Notes: a model not told the origin generated them from the letters alone. Positions 38,567 through 51,889 are shown, counted from the first letter of the stretch. The stretch is 64,000 nucleotides of DNA from Hydrolagus colliei (GCA_035084275.1 CM068746.1:16864001-16928000); one strand, 5' to 3'. Made by a program: numbers and translations.

Positions 38567-39380
38567 GCTGGCAACATCAGCATTCAAGGCTGCACTCTCC
38601 ACCTCTCGAAGCCAGTCAGGAATCTGGGCATCTTGTTCGACCCCGAACTATCCTTCTTCCCCCAAATACGCGCCATGACCAGCACAGCCTTCCACCACCT
38701 CCGCAATATTGCCAGATTCAGCCACTACCTCACCCCACCATGCTGCAGAAACACTCATCCACGCACTCATCACTTCTAGGCTCAACTACAGGAACTCTCT
38801 CCTCGTCAGCCTTTCCAACTCTTCCCTTCACAAACTGCAGATTATTCAGAACTCTGCAGCTCGTGCACTCTCCCGCATTAGCCTCCGCGACCACATCACT
38901 CCCACCGTTGTCCATCTCCACTGGCTCCCCATACCCCAGAAGGTTGAATTCAAGATCTTCGTCCTCAATTTCAAGGCCTTTCATGACCTTACCCCCACCT
39001 ATCTCTCCGACCTGCTGTCTCCCTATCAGCCCGTCCGTCCCCTCCATTCAGCGGGCTCTGGCCTGCACAACGTCCCCCGCCCGAACCGCCCTACCATCGG
39101 TGGCCAGGCTTTCAGCCTCTCTGCCCCCACACTCTGGAACTCCATCACGCAATCCCTTCGCCTCGCTTCCTCCGTTTCCTCCTTCAAGGCCTGTCTCAAG
39201 ACCTTCTTCTTTGACCATGTCTTCTGCTCCCCTCCTAACTCTCCCCCCTCTCTTATTCTCCTTCTCCCTATCCCGACCATCCTCCCACCCCCTGCTCGGG
39301 TCCCGACCTAGCTGTTCAGCACCTTGGGACGTCCTCCCAATGTGAAAAGCGCTCTATAAATGTAATTTTGATGTTTTTGC
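38567..39380 (+). mobile_element. 5'-truncated L2 LINE (RT C-terminal region and 3' UTR), frameshifted
   Basis: VRNLGILFDPELSF...HLRNIAR / ETLIHALITSRL.Y.NSLL...LHWLP...FK...GGQAFS.SAP.LWNS is typical of L2-clade ORF2; stem-loop tail. Confidence 0.93.
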
Positions 39381-42232
39381 AGTTGAAGAGTATAATACTG
39401 TACACTATAATACTGGTGACAGTTGCAGTATAGTTGTTTGCTCAAGCCTAAGTGTGGAAGTGTTTATATAATTTGTATTTAAGCATTCAAGTCGCACAGC
39501 AGTTGTTGCAACGTGAAATAAGCTGCACCCTCAAAGGAAACCAGAGACTGGAGCACACTGTAAACAGACATCAGACTGCTCACAAGTGAGACTGCAAGTT
39601 GTAAGTTATTGTATTAATCATATTGAAGCAACACATTTCAAATCAATCTCAATGACTTCCAAAGGAAAGGAGCAATGTGTCAGAAACACACTAACACTAC
39701 TCTTAGACTGCATTTTTACCATTCCAGACCCTTTAAGGGGTAGGGTGAATACGTTGCATGGCTCAGATCAAATGGACCCAAGCATTTTCATCGTCCATCC
39801 TTCTTTTGTCATCTTCAGCAGTAAAATGCTGAAACACACCCCATACCTGTTTGTACATTGATGCACAAAGGCTTAGCTCCTCCATTCACTGTCCCTTCAC
39901 TGGCCCATCTTAGAGCAATTAGGAATTGAAAACATGAATACTTATTTTTTGCTCCTATATATCACAGCAATACCATAGCAATTTCATCAGAATAGACAGA
40001 AATAAAATTAATGCTGGAATATATTCCCATTAAAGATCCTGACCAAAGACCTCAATAAGCCCGAGGTGAGGAATAATGTTACTCAAATGAGTATCCCAGC
40101 TCCTTTGAGAGCAGCAAAGTACAAAATATCATTCGTATTTCAGTTTCAATTTCACTTTCAGTCAACTGACTTCCAGATTAATTAAATCACTTTTTTCCAA
40201 CAATGAATGAACTAATATCAAGTAGGAATCTTTTATTTTTATGTTCTTTACCAAGGATATGCAGGAAAAGCTTACCATTTCATGCCTTTTGGCCATTGGG
40301 CAAAAATCCCAATGCCTTCTGAGGCATGCTGTAATGGATTTGGAACAATAGATAGCAATTTCCTTTTAGCCTCTCTTCCCTATTGAAGGCAAGGGGTTGG
40401 TACTGGTTCTGTACAATTTTCAGTGTATAAAAACCAAGAGAGGGGTCAAAATCAAACATATGGGAAATATGATTAAAAGGGATCAAAAATCCCTACTCAT
40501 TATGACTGCACTCGATCAAAAACAACAATGACAACTTGTATATAGCAATGTCCTATAGGGCCTCGCAGCTCTCGAACAATACTTTCCAAACAAAAAAACA
40601 CAAAACGGCCACAGGAAGGAGAATTTACCCAGTCAATTTAATGGCAAACTGTGAGCATCCAGTGCCCAAATTCATGCCAAGCTAAACAGTTTCTGGACTT
40701 CAGAGATTCGGGATATCCTGATTTGAGTACCTTCCTTCACAAATGAGCGAGATTCTAAATTCAGATATCTTATCATTACAAGCACTAGATTAGGCACTGC
40801 TGAAATGAGTAAGGGTCAAAACTATTGCAGTGTAATAGGATGTGGCACGTCACTGACATTGCTAAAGTCAACTTCACTTAGGGCCAAGCTGTAAAATCAA
40901 AATAAGTGCAACACCACAGGAAAGTCCCTTATGACTAACAGTTTAAGGGAAGAAAACAGCTGCACACTTCCACTCAGTACCTTAGCGCACACACACACAC
41001 ACATAAACCAGCTTTTACTCAATCCTGTGAAATGAACCTATACCTTTTACACAGCTCCCCAAAGAAATCCAGGCTCGAACAGAGTACAGTTGCAGCTGAA
41101 CATCAACATCTGCAGAGTTCACACCCTCTGGGAGATACAGGGGGCCAAATCTACCCCTTCGCAAAAGGGAATGAACCAGCAAAAAAAAACACACGGAGCT
41201 TCGCAATCCAAACTCTGAATCAAATGAACTGAGAATGCACATGTTTTAATTGGACCGTGTTCTAAAGGACTGGTGCTAGGAGCAAAGGTTCTTCAGTATT
41301 CCATAGATTTCAATACAGTGTCTGTTAACTCTTGCATTAAGAGACAGACAGAGGTGCGCTGACTGAAGGTTACAGTCTAAAATGGCACATGGAACAGTTT
41401 CAATTTTTTTCTGCTGCTAAAATCACTTTTGGGAAAAGCCCAGAAATAATTTTTCCATCCAAAGCCTTGAGGAATGCTTCCCACCTCAGCCACTAATTCT
41501 ACATTTTACCTTGATATAGGCATTTATGAGCAAAAAACCATTACGTTCATATCTTAAGGACCCCAAGAAACTGAAGCTCTCAGTGATCCAATTCAAATTC
41601 AATTTGAAAACATTCCAGTTTATTTAATTGTCAAAATGCAGTTTGTATCTGCAGGTGCAGGCAGCACTTGCTTTTACTTCTTTACATAGCTATTCCAATT
41701 TTCCTATTGGAATACCTACGTAAGGTGGCTGGGGGAGAGGTTTATTAAAGAGACACCACATTGTGGGCTCAACTGTATTCATGTTTAATGATAGTATGAA
41801 GATCGCTTCTAAGTCTTAACTATGGACAAAAAACAGTGATCTGCACTGCTGCAATTTTTAAAATAAAATTAGCTTTAAAAAAATCCGAACTAAAACTTGG
41901 TACTTTAGCCCAACCTCTACAGAGAGTGATCTTAGCAAAAACAGGATTTCTCCCAGTACCTCTGTACAATATCTTAACGTGTATGGCCAAAGGGAAAGAA
42001 AAACAAAGTAGCAGCCAAATTGCACACAAAAAAGGTAATGCAGAGCATGAATGTAGCGTTTGGAAAGCTTCCCTTCATCGGCTGCAGTATACAATGAAAT
42101 GTAATTTGTTATGCAGTCTAAAATGCAGTTCGAAAATCTTTTAAAAACATGGAAAGAAATGTAAGCACGTCACTTTCAATTGCCCACTCCATTCACTTTA
42201 CTTATTCCACAAACTGCCAGTTTAGGATAACA

Positions 42233-42545
42233 AATAATAATAATCCTTGCCTTTATATATAGCAACTGATCACGTCTTTGGAATGTCTAAAAACGCTTCA
42301 CAGAATATACAGTACCGTAAAGTGAATTGACTTATTTTCCTTACTCCACATGCCTAATAATAATCCCTAAAAAAAATTGGTAATTTCAATCCACGACTGT
42401 TTATGCGACACCGCTGTGCGCAATTGGCTGCCGCAATTCGCCCACAATACAATCAATTAACTTTACAGTATATTCTGTGAAGCCCTTTGAGACATCTAGA
42501 AGAGTGAAAAGCACTATATCAAATGCAAGGATTATTATTATTATT
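42233..42545. mobile_element. Two 5'-truncated SINE copies head-to-head (- 42233-42332; + 42336-42545)
   Basis: Outward-facing TTA tails at both ends. Confidence 0.85.
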
Positions 42546-42772
42546 CTGTGGGCAGAACGCAGCAGGCGTTATCCCACTCCCACAATTATCCCTCCCCAAC
42601 ACCCACAAATCCCTCTCATTCTTTTTCACAAGGCCTCAATCACATTGCACCCATAAACTCCTCATGCTCCTGCGATGCATCTCAATAATGGGTGCCCCGT
42701 GAGCACAGAATTCTGCCCACAGTGATCAGTGAAACCTCCTGTTAAGTGAATCATTTAGTTGTAGTGTCTTCA

Positions 42773-43480
42773 GCCGGTACAGCCTTCCATCACCTCCGCA
42801 ATATTGCCAGACTCCGCCACTACCTCACCCCCCATGCCACCGAAACTCTCATTCACGCCTTTATCACTTCCAGGCTCGACTACAGGAACTCTCTCCTCGT
42901 CGGCCTTCCTAGCTCCTCCCTTCACAGGCTGCAGATCATTCAGAACTCTGCAGCTCGTGTTCTCTCCCACACTAGGCTCTGCGACCACATCACTCCCACC
43001 CTAGCCCATCTCCACTGGCTCCCCATTCCCCAGAGGATCGAATTCAAGATCCTTGTCCTCACCTTCAAGGCCATTCATTGCCTTGCCCCCGCCTATCTCT
43101 CCAACCTGTTGTTTCCCTATCAGCCTGCCCGTCCCCTCCGTTCAGCAGGCTCTGGCCTGCTCCACGTCCACCGCCTTAACCGCCCCACCATCGGTGGCCG
43201 GGCTTTCAGCCTCTCTGCTCCCACACAGTTGAACTCCATCCCACAATCCCTTCACCTCACTTCCTTTCTTTCCTCCTTCAAGGCTGGTCTCAAGACCTTC
43301 CTCTTAAACTGTGCCTTCTGCTCCCCTCTTAACTCTTCCACCTCTCCTACTCTCCTCCCCCTTCCCCTTCCCCCTACCCCGACCCTTCCCCCACTGCTCA
43401 AGTCTAGACCTGACTGTTCAGCGCTTTGGGGCATTCTCCCAACGTGAAAGGCGCTCTATAAATGTAGTTTTGTTGTTGTT
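42773..43480 (+). mobile_element. 5'-truncated L2 LINE with open RT C-terminal frame
   Basis: ORF 42746-43447 carries L2 motifs; TTG tail. Confidence 0.93.
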
Positions 43481-43962
43481 CATGTCCAGTTTACACGTTT
43501 GAACAAATGTACCCAAACACCACCAGTACAATCAGTTACATGATTTCAACAACATTCCGAATGTTGTCAGCTATCATTAAAAGTAATGTTATGCTGATTT
43601 CTACACAAAGAATTCCCAATGAATTAATAAAGTGGTAGACTGACAATTGCAATGTTTCACAAAAGATTCCATGACCCACAGCATTGCACCGTAAAGCATC
43701 ACCTTTTGGACCCCAACATGAATAACTAGCTTTGTGCATATTGGGAGATAAATATAATCAACTGTACTGTTAAAAAAAAGTTACTGTAACAAATGAAAGA
43801 AGTGGATCATTGCAAATCAGATCTAGCTAAGCACAACGGTTCGTACAGTAAAACTCGCTTTAAGTCTGTATAGATCGCCTCAGTGGTACATCTAAACAAG
43901 TTTCATTCAAGAGTTTATGTTCTGTGCAAGTTTGACACAAATCATATTTTGCACCAGTCATA

Positions 43963-44252
43963 TTAATAATAACAATAATAATAATCCTTGCATTTGATAT
44001 AGCGTTTTCACATCTTATCGGCGTCTCAAAGCGCTTCACAGAATATACTGTAAAGTGAATTGACTATGTATTTGTGGGCGAAACCCAGCAGCCAATTGTG
44101 CACAGTAGTATCCCCACAAACAGTCATGGATTGAAATTACCAATTTATTATTATTGAGGGATTATTATCAGGCATGTGTGAGAGAGAGAGACTGGTTTTA
44201 GTGTGTGTGAGTGTGCGCGCGCGCATGTGTGTGGAGTAAGGAAACTTGCCTA
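43963..44252 (-). mobile_element. tRNA-SINE lacking its head, with an internal GA/GT/GC microsatellite (44176-44232)
   Basis: Standard body and tail, interrupted at the acacgc motif. Confidence 0.87.
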
Positions 44253-44769
44253 AATTTAAATTAAATGTATGGTCCAAACTGATGTGACTTACTGTAATCA
44301 TTTTACAGTTAACCCTAACGCAAGAAAAGACTTAAAACCCTTATTTTTAATAAGTGTTTTAAGTTTTTAAGTTTTTAACCGCAATGAATTTACTCCCTGA
44401 GGGTAATCCCGTCACAGAGAAATAGCAATGGGAAAGCTGCACATCTGGAGTACAACTGGAGACTCAATAGAGCTCGAGTCTGAAGCTGGAGTTGTTATGA
44501 AATCATAATTTTTCCGAGACTGTGTTGCAGCTGGCCTCACACATTACTGTACAGCAGGTGTGATTGAAAATTGGTCTAATTCTCGGTTTGATTGAAATTG
44601 GCGTAATTCTCAGCTTTCTTACAGTTTTGAACACTTTTGTTGAGTTTGGTTAACCAAATAAAGTGGGTGAAGCAAGAACTATATTGGTGAATGTGAAACC
44701 AGGACTGCCCAAATGATTGCACAGGTAAGACGTCATCATAGGAAAGAGAGTTATTTCTAAGTCTCTTTT

Positions 44770-45120
44770 TTTCAAATCCCTCCACTCCTCTGCACTCCCC
44801 TACCTCTCTGACCTCCTCTCTCCTCAAACCAGCACCCGTTGCCTTCGCTCCACCCAGTCTGGCCTCCTCCTTGTCCCCCGACTGCTCCGCTCCACCATCG
44901 GCGGCCATGCCTTCAGCCATTACGACCGAGGCTCTGGAACTCCCTACTTCATTCCCTTCACCTCTTACACTCTCTTCCCAGTTTTAAAGACCTTTCTCTT
45001 CGACCGCGCCTTAGGTCACCTTTCTCCCAGTGCCCCTGGCTCACCCCCAGGATCCATTATTGTGAAGCACTCTGGGACGCCGTCCGGCGTGGAGGGCTAT
45101 ATAAATCAAAGTTGTTGTTT
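44770..45120 (+). mobile_element. L2 3' fragment of a divergent subfamily
   Basis: ccaccatcggcggccatgccttcagcc...ctctggaactccct; tail tctgggacgccgtccggcgtggagggctatataaatcaaagttgttgtt. Confidence 0.8.
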
Positions 45121-45435
45121 TTGAGGCTTGTTAGTTTTAAGGTGTACATATTATAAAGAAAATCATTTGCATCAGGAAGTGATAGCAAGAAAGTTATTCT
45201 ACTCAAAACTTTGCATCCTTCGCTACATATTCAGTGATGTTTCCCTTCCCCACACATCTTGGCTCCTACCTGCCCCTTAGGTGCCCATCCAGACAGAGGG
45301 CAACCAGGACATCTGCAATCACACCATAGCGGCAGGAGGCTTAGAGACTAGAGAGGCAATATGACAATGTGAGAACACTGGAAAAAGTGAAGTTCTGACT
45401 GAAGGTTATCAGTTAACTCATTTTAACGTTTCATT

Positions 45436-45738
45436 GGAATCCTGTAGCTCAATGGTTAGAGCACTCGCCTTGCAAGCGAGAGACCTAGGTTTGATTCTAG
45501 GCAGGGCACCTTGGGCAAGTTTCCCCGCCTGATAACAATCCCTCAAAAAAAAAAATTGGTCATCTCAATCCACAACTGTTTGTGGGACACTGCTATGCCC
45601 AATTGTCTACCACATTTCGCCAACAAAAGATATAGTCAATTCATTTTACAATATATTCGGTGAAATGCTTTAAGGCATCTAGAAGATGTGAAAAGCTTTA
45701 TTTCAAATGCAAGGATTATTTTATTATTTATTATTATT
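45436..45738 (+). mobile_element. Full-length tRNA-derived SINE, short subfamily
   Basis: Head, body and TTA tail all present. Confidence 0.9.
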
Positions 45739-46028
45739 TTCCTCTCTCCATAGAAGCTGCCTGACTTGTTGCGTGTTCCCAGCGACTTCTGCTTGTATAT
45801 TTTTTTAAAAAGCAATCCTTTTTAAAGAAAAGAATCTGCTTGTTCAGCTAAGGTCTCAACAAATTATCTCCCTTGTTAATCTGACTATAAATATTTGCCT
45901 TTTACTATTGCAGAATGCAGAGTACCTGAATTGTAAAGGAGCAGAGTGAGAAACAGTATTTGTCATTGATTATTTGGTTCTCAGTTAAAATAACAGCAGA
46001 AAAGAAGAATCAATTAATCCTCACCACA

Positions 46029-46965
46029 ATAATAATAATAATAATGCTTGCATTTGATTTAGCGCCTTATCACATCTTCAAGACGTCTCAAAATGCTTCA
46101 AAGCATATTTTGTAAAGTTCCTTCGAAGTGCCTTCGTCACATCTAGGCTCAACTATGGGAACTCTCTCCTCGTCGGCCTTCCCAGCTCCTCCCTTCACAG
46201 GCTGCAGAACATTCAGAATTCTGTAGCTCGTATACTCTCCCGCGCTAGGCTCCACGACCACATCACTCCCACCCTCGCCTGTCTCCACTGGCTCCCCATC
46301 CCCCAGAGGATCGAATTCAAGATCCTCGTCCTCAACTTCAAGGCCATTCACGGCCTTGCCGCTGCCTATCTCTCTGACCTGCTGTCTCCCTATCAGCCTG
46401 CCCACCCCCTCCGTTCACCAGACTCAGGCCTGCTCCGCGTCCACCGCCCTAACCGCCCAACCATCGGCGACTGTGCTTTCAGCCTCTCTGCTCCCACAGT
46501 GTGGAACCCCATCCCGCAGCCCCTCCGCCTCGCTTCCTGCCTTTCCTCCTTCAAGGCCGGCCTCAAGACCTTCCTTTTCGACCGCGCCTTCAGCTCCCCA
46601 CTAACTCTTCCCCCTCTCCTTCCCCCTACCCCGACTCTCCCCACACCACTTGGGTCCCGACCTGACTGTTCAGCGCTTTGGGACATTCTCTCGACGTGAA
46701 AGGTGCTTTATCAGTGCAATTTTGTTGTTGTTGTTGTAAAGTGAATTGACTATATTTTGTGAGCGAATGCAACAGTATCCCACAAACAGTCGTGGATTGA
46801 AGTGACCTTTTGTTTTTGAAGGATTGATTATCCCTGGAAAAGAAATTTGCCAATGAATAAACCACTGGGTTCCTTCTTACTATTAGGGAAGCAATGACGT
46901 GTGGAATAAGGAAACTTGCCCAACATTTCACCCTGTCGGGAATCAACCCTAGCTCTGTCGCTTGC
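46029..46965 (-). mobile_element. Long-subfamily SINE split by an L2 insertion (parts 46029-46118 and 46734-46965)
   Basis: SINE sequence resumes after the L2 tail, with TTGTAAAGT duplicated. Confidence 0.88.
46130..46736 (+). mobile_element. 5'-truncated L2 LINE nested in a SINE
   Basis: L2 RT C-terminus, TTG tail and target duplication. Confidence 0.93.
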
Positions 46966-46968
46966 ACA

Positions 46969-47011
<43 letters not shown>
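46965..47011 (+). repeat. Compound microsatellite (CA)n(GA)n
   Basis: Directly visible in the sequence. Confidence 0.95.
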
Positions 47012-47016
<5 letters not shown>

Positions 47017-47756
47017 GTCCCCAGCTGGCAGTGTGAAGACTCTGAAATGTCCTCCGGATGTGAAAGGCCATGTATAAATGTACTGTATATTGCATTTTAC
47101 CGTAAACCACAAAAGGCAGGCAATGTTTCTGGAACATAAGTCTCTCATCTGCTAAAGCATTAACATTGATCCACATGTGAAAGTGCACATCTTGATTGTC
47201 CCACTGCATTTTTATAAGCGAATGCCTTTCCATCACTTCCTAAACCTCACCACATCCTTGCAGACAATTAGATCCATACAATGGGAAACATCTGGTGGGC
47301 GCTTTAGAAGAAAGTGCTACTTTATTGCCTGGTTCAACAACATTTTTATAAACTGACTAATCACCCACTTGGGCACAATGGCTGGACCCTGTGCAGATGC
47401 CTGATCTGATATTTTGTACTTGTGGTGCGAGCATGGAATTCATCGGCTAGGAATTGGTTTCGCCAAATTGGCCATGGTTGAAAAACACACAGGCAGTGTA
47501 TTCAATAATCAGCCACTCAAATCACTGCTTCGGTCAACTCAAATAGACGTGTCAGTCAAACCACGCTAATAGATCAAATTAAGTAAGAAACGGCTTCTGT
47601 TTACATGTTTGAGCGTATTCACGGAGATGACAGCCCGCAGAATCAGAATCTGAAGCTTCATGACAATTCGTTTACTTCTGCTTGTCCTATGCATTAGCAG
47701 GATAGACAGTGCTTTGGATATACCCCACCACAATGGATCAAAAAAGCACAATACTG

Positions 47757-47931
47757 AAATTGGTCATTTCAATCAACAGCTGTTTGTGGGACACTGCTGT
47801 ACACAATTGGCTGCTGCGTTTCACCCGTAAATATACAGTAAATTCACTTCAGGGTATATTCTGTGAAGCGCTTTGAGATGTCTAGAAGACGTGAAAAGTG
47901 CTGTATCAAATGCAAGGATTATTCTTTTATT
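47757..47931 (+). mobile_element. 5'-truncated tRNA-SINE
   Basis: Body and TAGAA-loop tail. Confidence 0.87.
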
Positions 47932-48289
47932 ATCAACTCAGTTCCAATATTCTACACCAATTTGTAGTCAATGTAGCCTGCAGGCGTCCCCACTTGCATC
48001 TCTCCTTACCCACCTCCACTGGACACAGTTAAACTTTATGCACGTTTTAGAACATTTTAAAAGTTGCCTCTAACTCAAGAATTTTGATAGTGATTCACAT
48101 TTGTCAACATGTTTACAGTATTAGACGAAAAATGTAACCACGTTCCATCATCTAGGTTTCCCCTGTCAACATTTGGCTGTCTTAAGGCCTATCACCTGCA
48201 GAGTGGCTGAAAGATCTTGTTATGAAACAGATGTGAAGGAACTAAAGGTTTAACTCGCTGGTCATGGCAATTCTCCTACTAATACAAAG

Positions 48290-48666
48290 CAGACAACAAA
48301 AGGCATCACACACAAGGGCAAGATAAAGAAATGCTGTTCATATATTACACTAAAGTTTGCTTTGACTCAGTAGATTGAGCAAAAGTTTACCAAAACAAGC
48401 TTAAATCTACAAAAAATATTAGGGAAACGGTTACGCACTTTGGAATACTCAAACAACTAACAGATGATATAAATATTCTGTGAAAAATTGGATGACACTG
48501 TTTTAGTGGAAATTTGGCGATTTGTAAAAACATTTTTCATTCAGCCGGGTGTCTGGTACATATGGAAATGTACCAGGCAACAAAAAGTCATCACACACAA
48601 GGGCAAGATAAAGAAATGCTGTTTATATGTCGGATTAAAGTTCACTTTGATTTAGTAGATTCAGCA
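48290..48666 (+). repeat. Local diverged direct repeat of about 92 bp (48290-48381 and 48574-48666)
   Basis: Identical core catcacacacaagggcaagataaagaaatgctgtt. Confidence 0.85.
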
Positions 48667-49257
48667 GCTGACATGAAACAGGAACCAATAATGGTTTGGC
48701 TGGAAGTGCATATGTAGACATTGGGTGATGATCTCCATGCTCAAATGGTCTAACACAACTCACTGTCCAGGCACCGACATAGAATAGCAAAAAAAATGCT
48801 AGTACTAGAGGGATGCTGACCTCATAAAACCTGTCTTTGAGTAATTGCTTCCAGGACAAATAAGAAGAAAAAGATTGTACACAGTGAAATGAACAGAATA
48901 TCAAAAAAGTATTCTGTTTTGATCCATTACCAAGACATAAAATAAAACACAGGCTTGTTCCAATTGATCACTGAGCAGAACACAAACCTGTCCACTCCAG
49001 TCTATAAAAGCACATCAAATAGAGTCGAGCACGTCCCAGGAAAGAACCCAGAAATGCAGCGTTTTATATCTTCTTAGCGACTGTATTCAGTTTGAACAGC
49101 AACTCATGCTGTCAAAATGATGCATCCTCTTGGAATTACAAGAAGCAAGCGAGTTTTTATATGGTGGACTCTCGAGAGAAATCCAGAGTATTGCAAAAAA
49201 TATAAGAAATGCATTGCCTTGCAATCGCTCTCGTTTTGGCCTCATTTGCATATTTTG

Positions 49258-49585
49258 CAACAACACATTACATATGTATAGCGCGCTTCATGTCGGGAGG
49301 GCATCCCAAGGTGCTGGACGTTCAGGGGATTTGGACCTGAGCTGGAGGCTTGAGATCAGGAGGGGTGGAGGTCAGGGAGGTCATGGATAGGAGGGTGGCC
49401 AAAGGCGCAGTCGAAGAGCAGGGATTGTCTTGAGACGTGACTTGAAGGAAGCAAGAGAGGGATTGAGGCGAATGGCATGTGGGGTGGAGTACCAAAACGT
49501 GGGGGGAAAGAGGCTGATGGTGGGCGTGGAGCAGGCAGGGAATGTGGAGTAGGCCCGAGCCAGCTGAGCGGGCAGGTTGATATGG
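49258..49585 (-). mobile_element. L2 3' fragment
   Basis: PYQPARSAGSGLLH peptide plus tail. Confidence 0.8.
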
Positions 49586-50489
49586 CAACGCTGAGTCCTG
49601 GAATTGCCGAGCTCCTAGCATTTTAAGACTGGTATTGCACGTGTAACACACAGATAGAGCTTCCATTTGAGTACATCTCAGAGGAATGCATTATCTAACA
49701 GCACAGCAGAGAGATGAGCCCTGTTGCACAATAGAACGTGAAGCTTGTGACAGATATATGCTGTGGTGACCACCTTGCCCAATATTCTATCACCTATGAT
49801 TATTTCAAACAAAGTGAAGCACAACAACCTATTGCCCATTGCAAAAGAAAACACATTCAGATATTCATACCACCAGACTTTATGCTATTGGCATGCAATG
49901 CAATTGAGTGAAAACTGCCTTTCCCATTCCTGAAAATTTCTTATGAATGTTCTTACATTTTTCATGGGCCATTACACCCATTTTCACTGATGAAAACAAT
50001 TCCATCTCTGAAGACGGCCATGTATTTTTAGTGGACTATCAATGCCAACTCGGTCGGTGGTGCATAAATTCAGTTACAGGGTTACTGTTGCTATGTTTAC
50101 ATACACAGGATAACTTGTTTATTAAGGGATTAAGGTGTCTTCACCCTGAAGTAAAAAGTACTTCCAATGACTTATTTTACTTGATATTAAAGTTGGCAAG
50201 GGAGAGGCAGGCTGCTGAGGCTAGCATAGAATAATAACGTGCCTAACTCGATTTGCTATGTCTGCCATGCAACAAACAGTTTGTAGACACAGATGGCTTG
50301 GTGGCAATGTGAACCGATGTGCTAGTTCACTGTGACATGAAAACGATCCCAGTTTACAATTGATTCCTGATCTCAAACATGTAGTTAAGCTTGCAGGTAA
50401 CTGCTGCCCACCTCTTACACAGCTTACAATAAATAGGATTGACGTTGCTGTGAGTCAGCTGCTTGAATGGTATCTTGACCAGTCTTATA

Positions 50490-50790
50490 GCAACAACAAC
50501 AAGTTGCATTTATATAGCGCCCTTCACAGTTCCTCGGAGCGCTTCACAGTGGCAGAGCTTGACACAGAGCGAGGAAGAGAGGGGAGGTAATCATAGCACA
50601 ATCAAAGAGGAAGGACTTTAGGTCTGAAAACGTGCAAGGAAGAGGCAAGGCGGAGGAACTAAGAGACAGAGTTCCAGTGTTTTGTGGCATTGTGGCTGAA
50701 AGCACGTGGAGGAGGCCAAAGCCAGCTGACTGAAGGAGTGTGTAAAAGAGTAGGGTTCAAGCAGGTCAGAGAGGCAGGGAGGTGCCACTC
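50490..50790 (-). mobile_element. Old L2 3' fragment
   Basis: (CAA)n tail and degenerate body. Confidence 0.65.
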
Positions 50791-51429
50791 ATCAAGTAAT
50801 TATCATGGCGGGCATATGTATATGTGGAAGGAGAGGGGATAGGATGTGAAAGAAATGGAGAGTAAAATACACTAAATATAAGGTAACAATTATGGAATTA
50901 TATCATGCATTGTGATGTCTCAACAATGTGATAAGGCAGTATATCAAATGCACTACTTATTATTATGGTAGAAGTGCTACAGATTTTGCAATACATTGTT
51001 TGCTCCCTGATAACTAGCTGCAGTAAAACCTGAATTGGGAAACTTAAGTGTTTTCTCCATATGTTTTCTCTGTAAGTAAACATACATCTGCAATGTGACT
51101 GTTTAGAAATGGGGTGAGAGAGTTTGGCAGCTCACGCGTTCCAAAATTACTGGTTTGGAACGTGTGACCTGCTGGTAGTAATTCATAATCCAAGCTACAG
51201 TCTGGCATTGATGCCTTTCGTTTCTTCTCACTCATTTTCTTTCATTTCATTCTTCTCTCCCGCAATGACTGATCCCTTGCTCAGGTATCATTCTACAAGT
51301 GTCAGGCGATGACGGCTGGTAAATCATCCCAGAGGCCATCGTTCAATGTGTAAACCTTGACAAATGAATCTCAGTAGCTACATCAAAGGCACAATCGAAC
51401 CTCAATGATGTTCATGTTCTGCATTCAGC

Positions 51430-51870
51430 CTGGCTGAGTGGGTCGAACTCTCGCCTCCCAGTCAAAAGGTTGTGAGTTTGAACCCAGTCTTAGCACTTTA
51501 TAATAATAATCCTTGCATTTGATATAGTGCCTTATGATGTCTTTGAGACATCTCGAAGCGCTTCACAGAATATACTGTAAAGTGAATTGACTGCATATTT
51601 TGTGGACACTTTGAATTCACAGTTGTGGTTGACAACACTATATTGTTGGAGATTCCATTCTTTGCATGAGAAGTCAAACTCAGGTCCCAATTGCCAGTTT
51701 AAACAAAACTGGTACTTCAATTCATGGCTGTTTGTGGGACATCTGTGCACAAGTTGCCTGCCTGGTTCTTCCACAAAAGTACAGTCTCCACACTTCGCAG
51801 TGAATCCTGCGAAGCACTTTGAGATGTCCTCCCGATATGAAAGGCACTGTATCAAACGTAACAAGATTTT
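51430..51870 (+). mobile_element. Older Deu-type SINE interrupted by an antisense younger SINE tail (51500-51608)
   Basis: tRNA-like head at 51430-51495; Deu-like body resumes at about 51610; CTCCC-loop tail. Confidence 0.65.
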
Positions 51871-51889
51871 ATTTAATGTGCATAATTAA

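Noticed and set aside
38536-39345. 269-aa ORF and other long Pro/Ser-rich ORFs (25833, 38730, 42770, 46088, 57165, 58682, etc.) as novel genes
   Set aside because: They are alternative or antisense frames of L2 LINE fragments.
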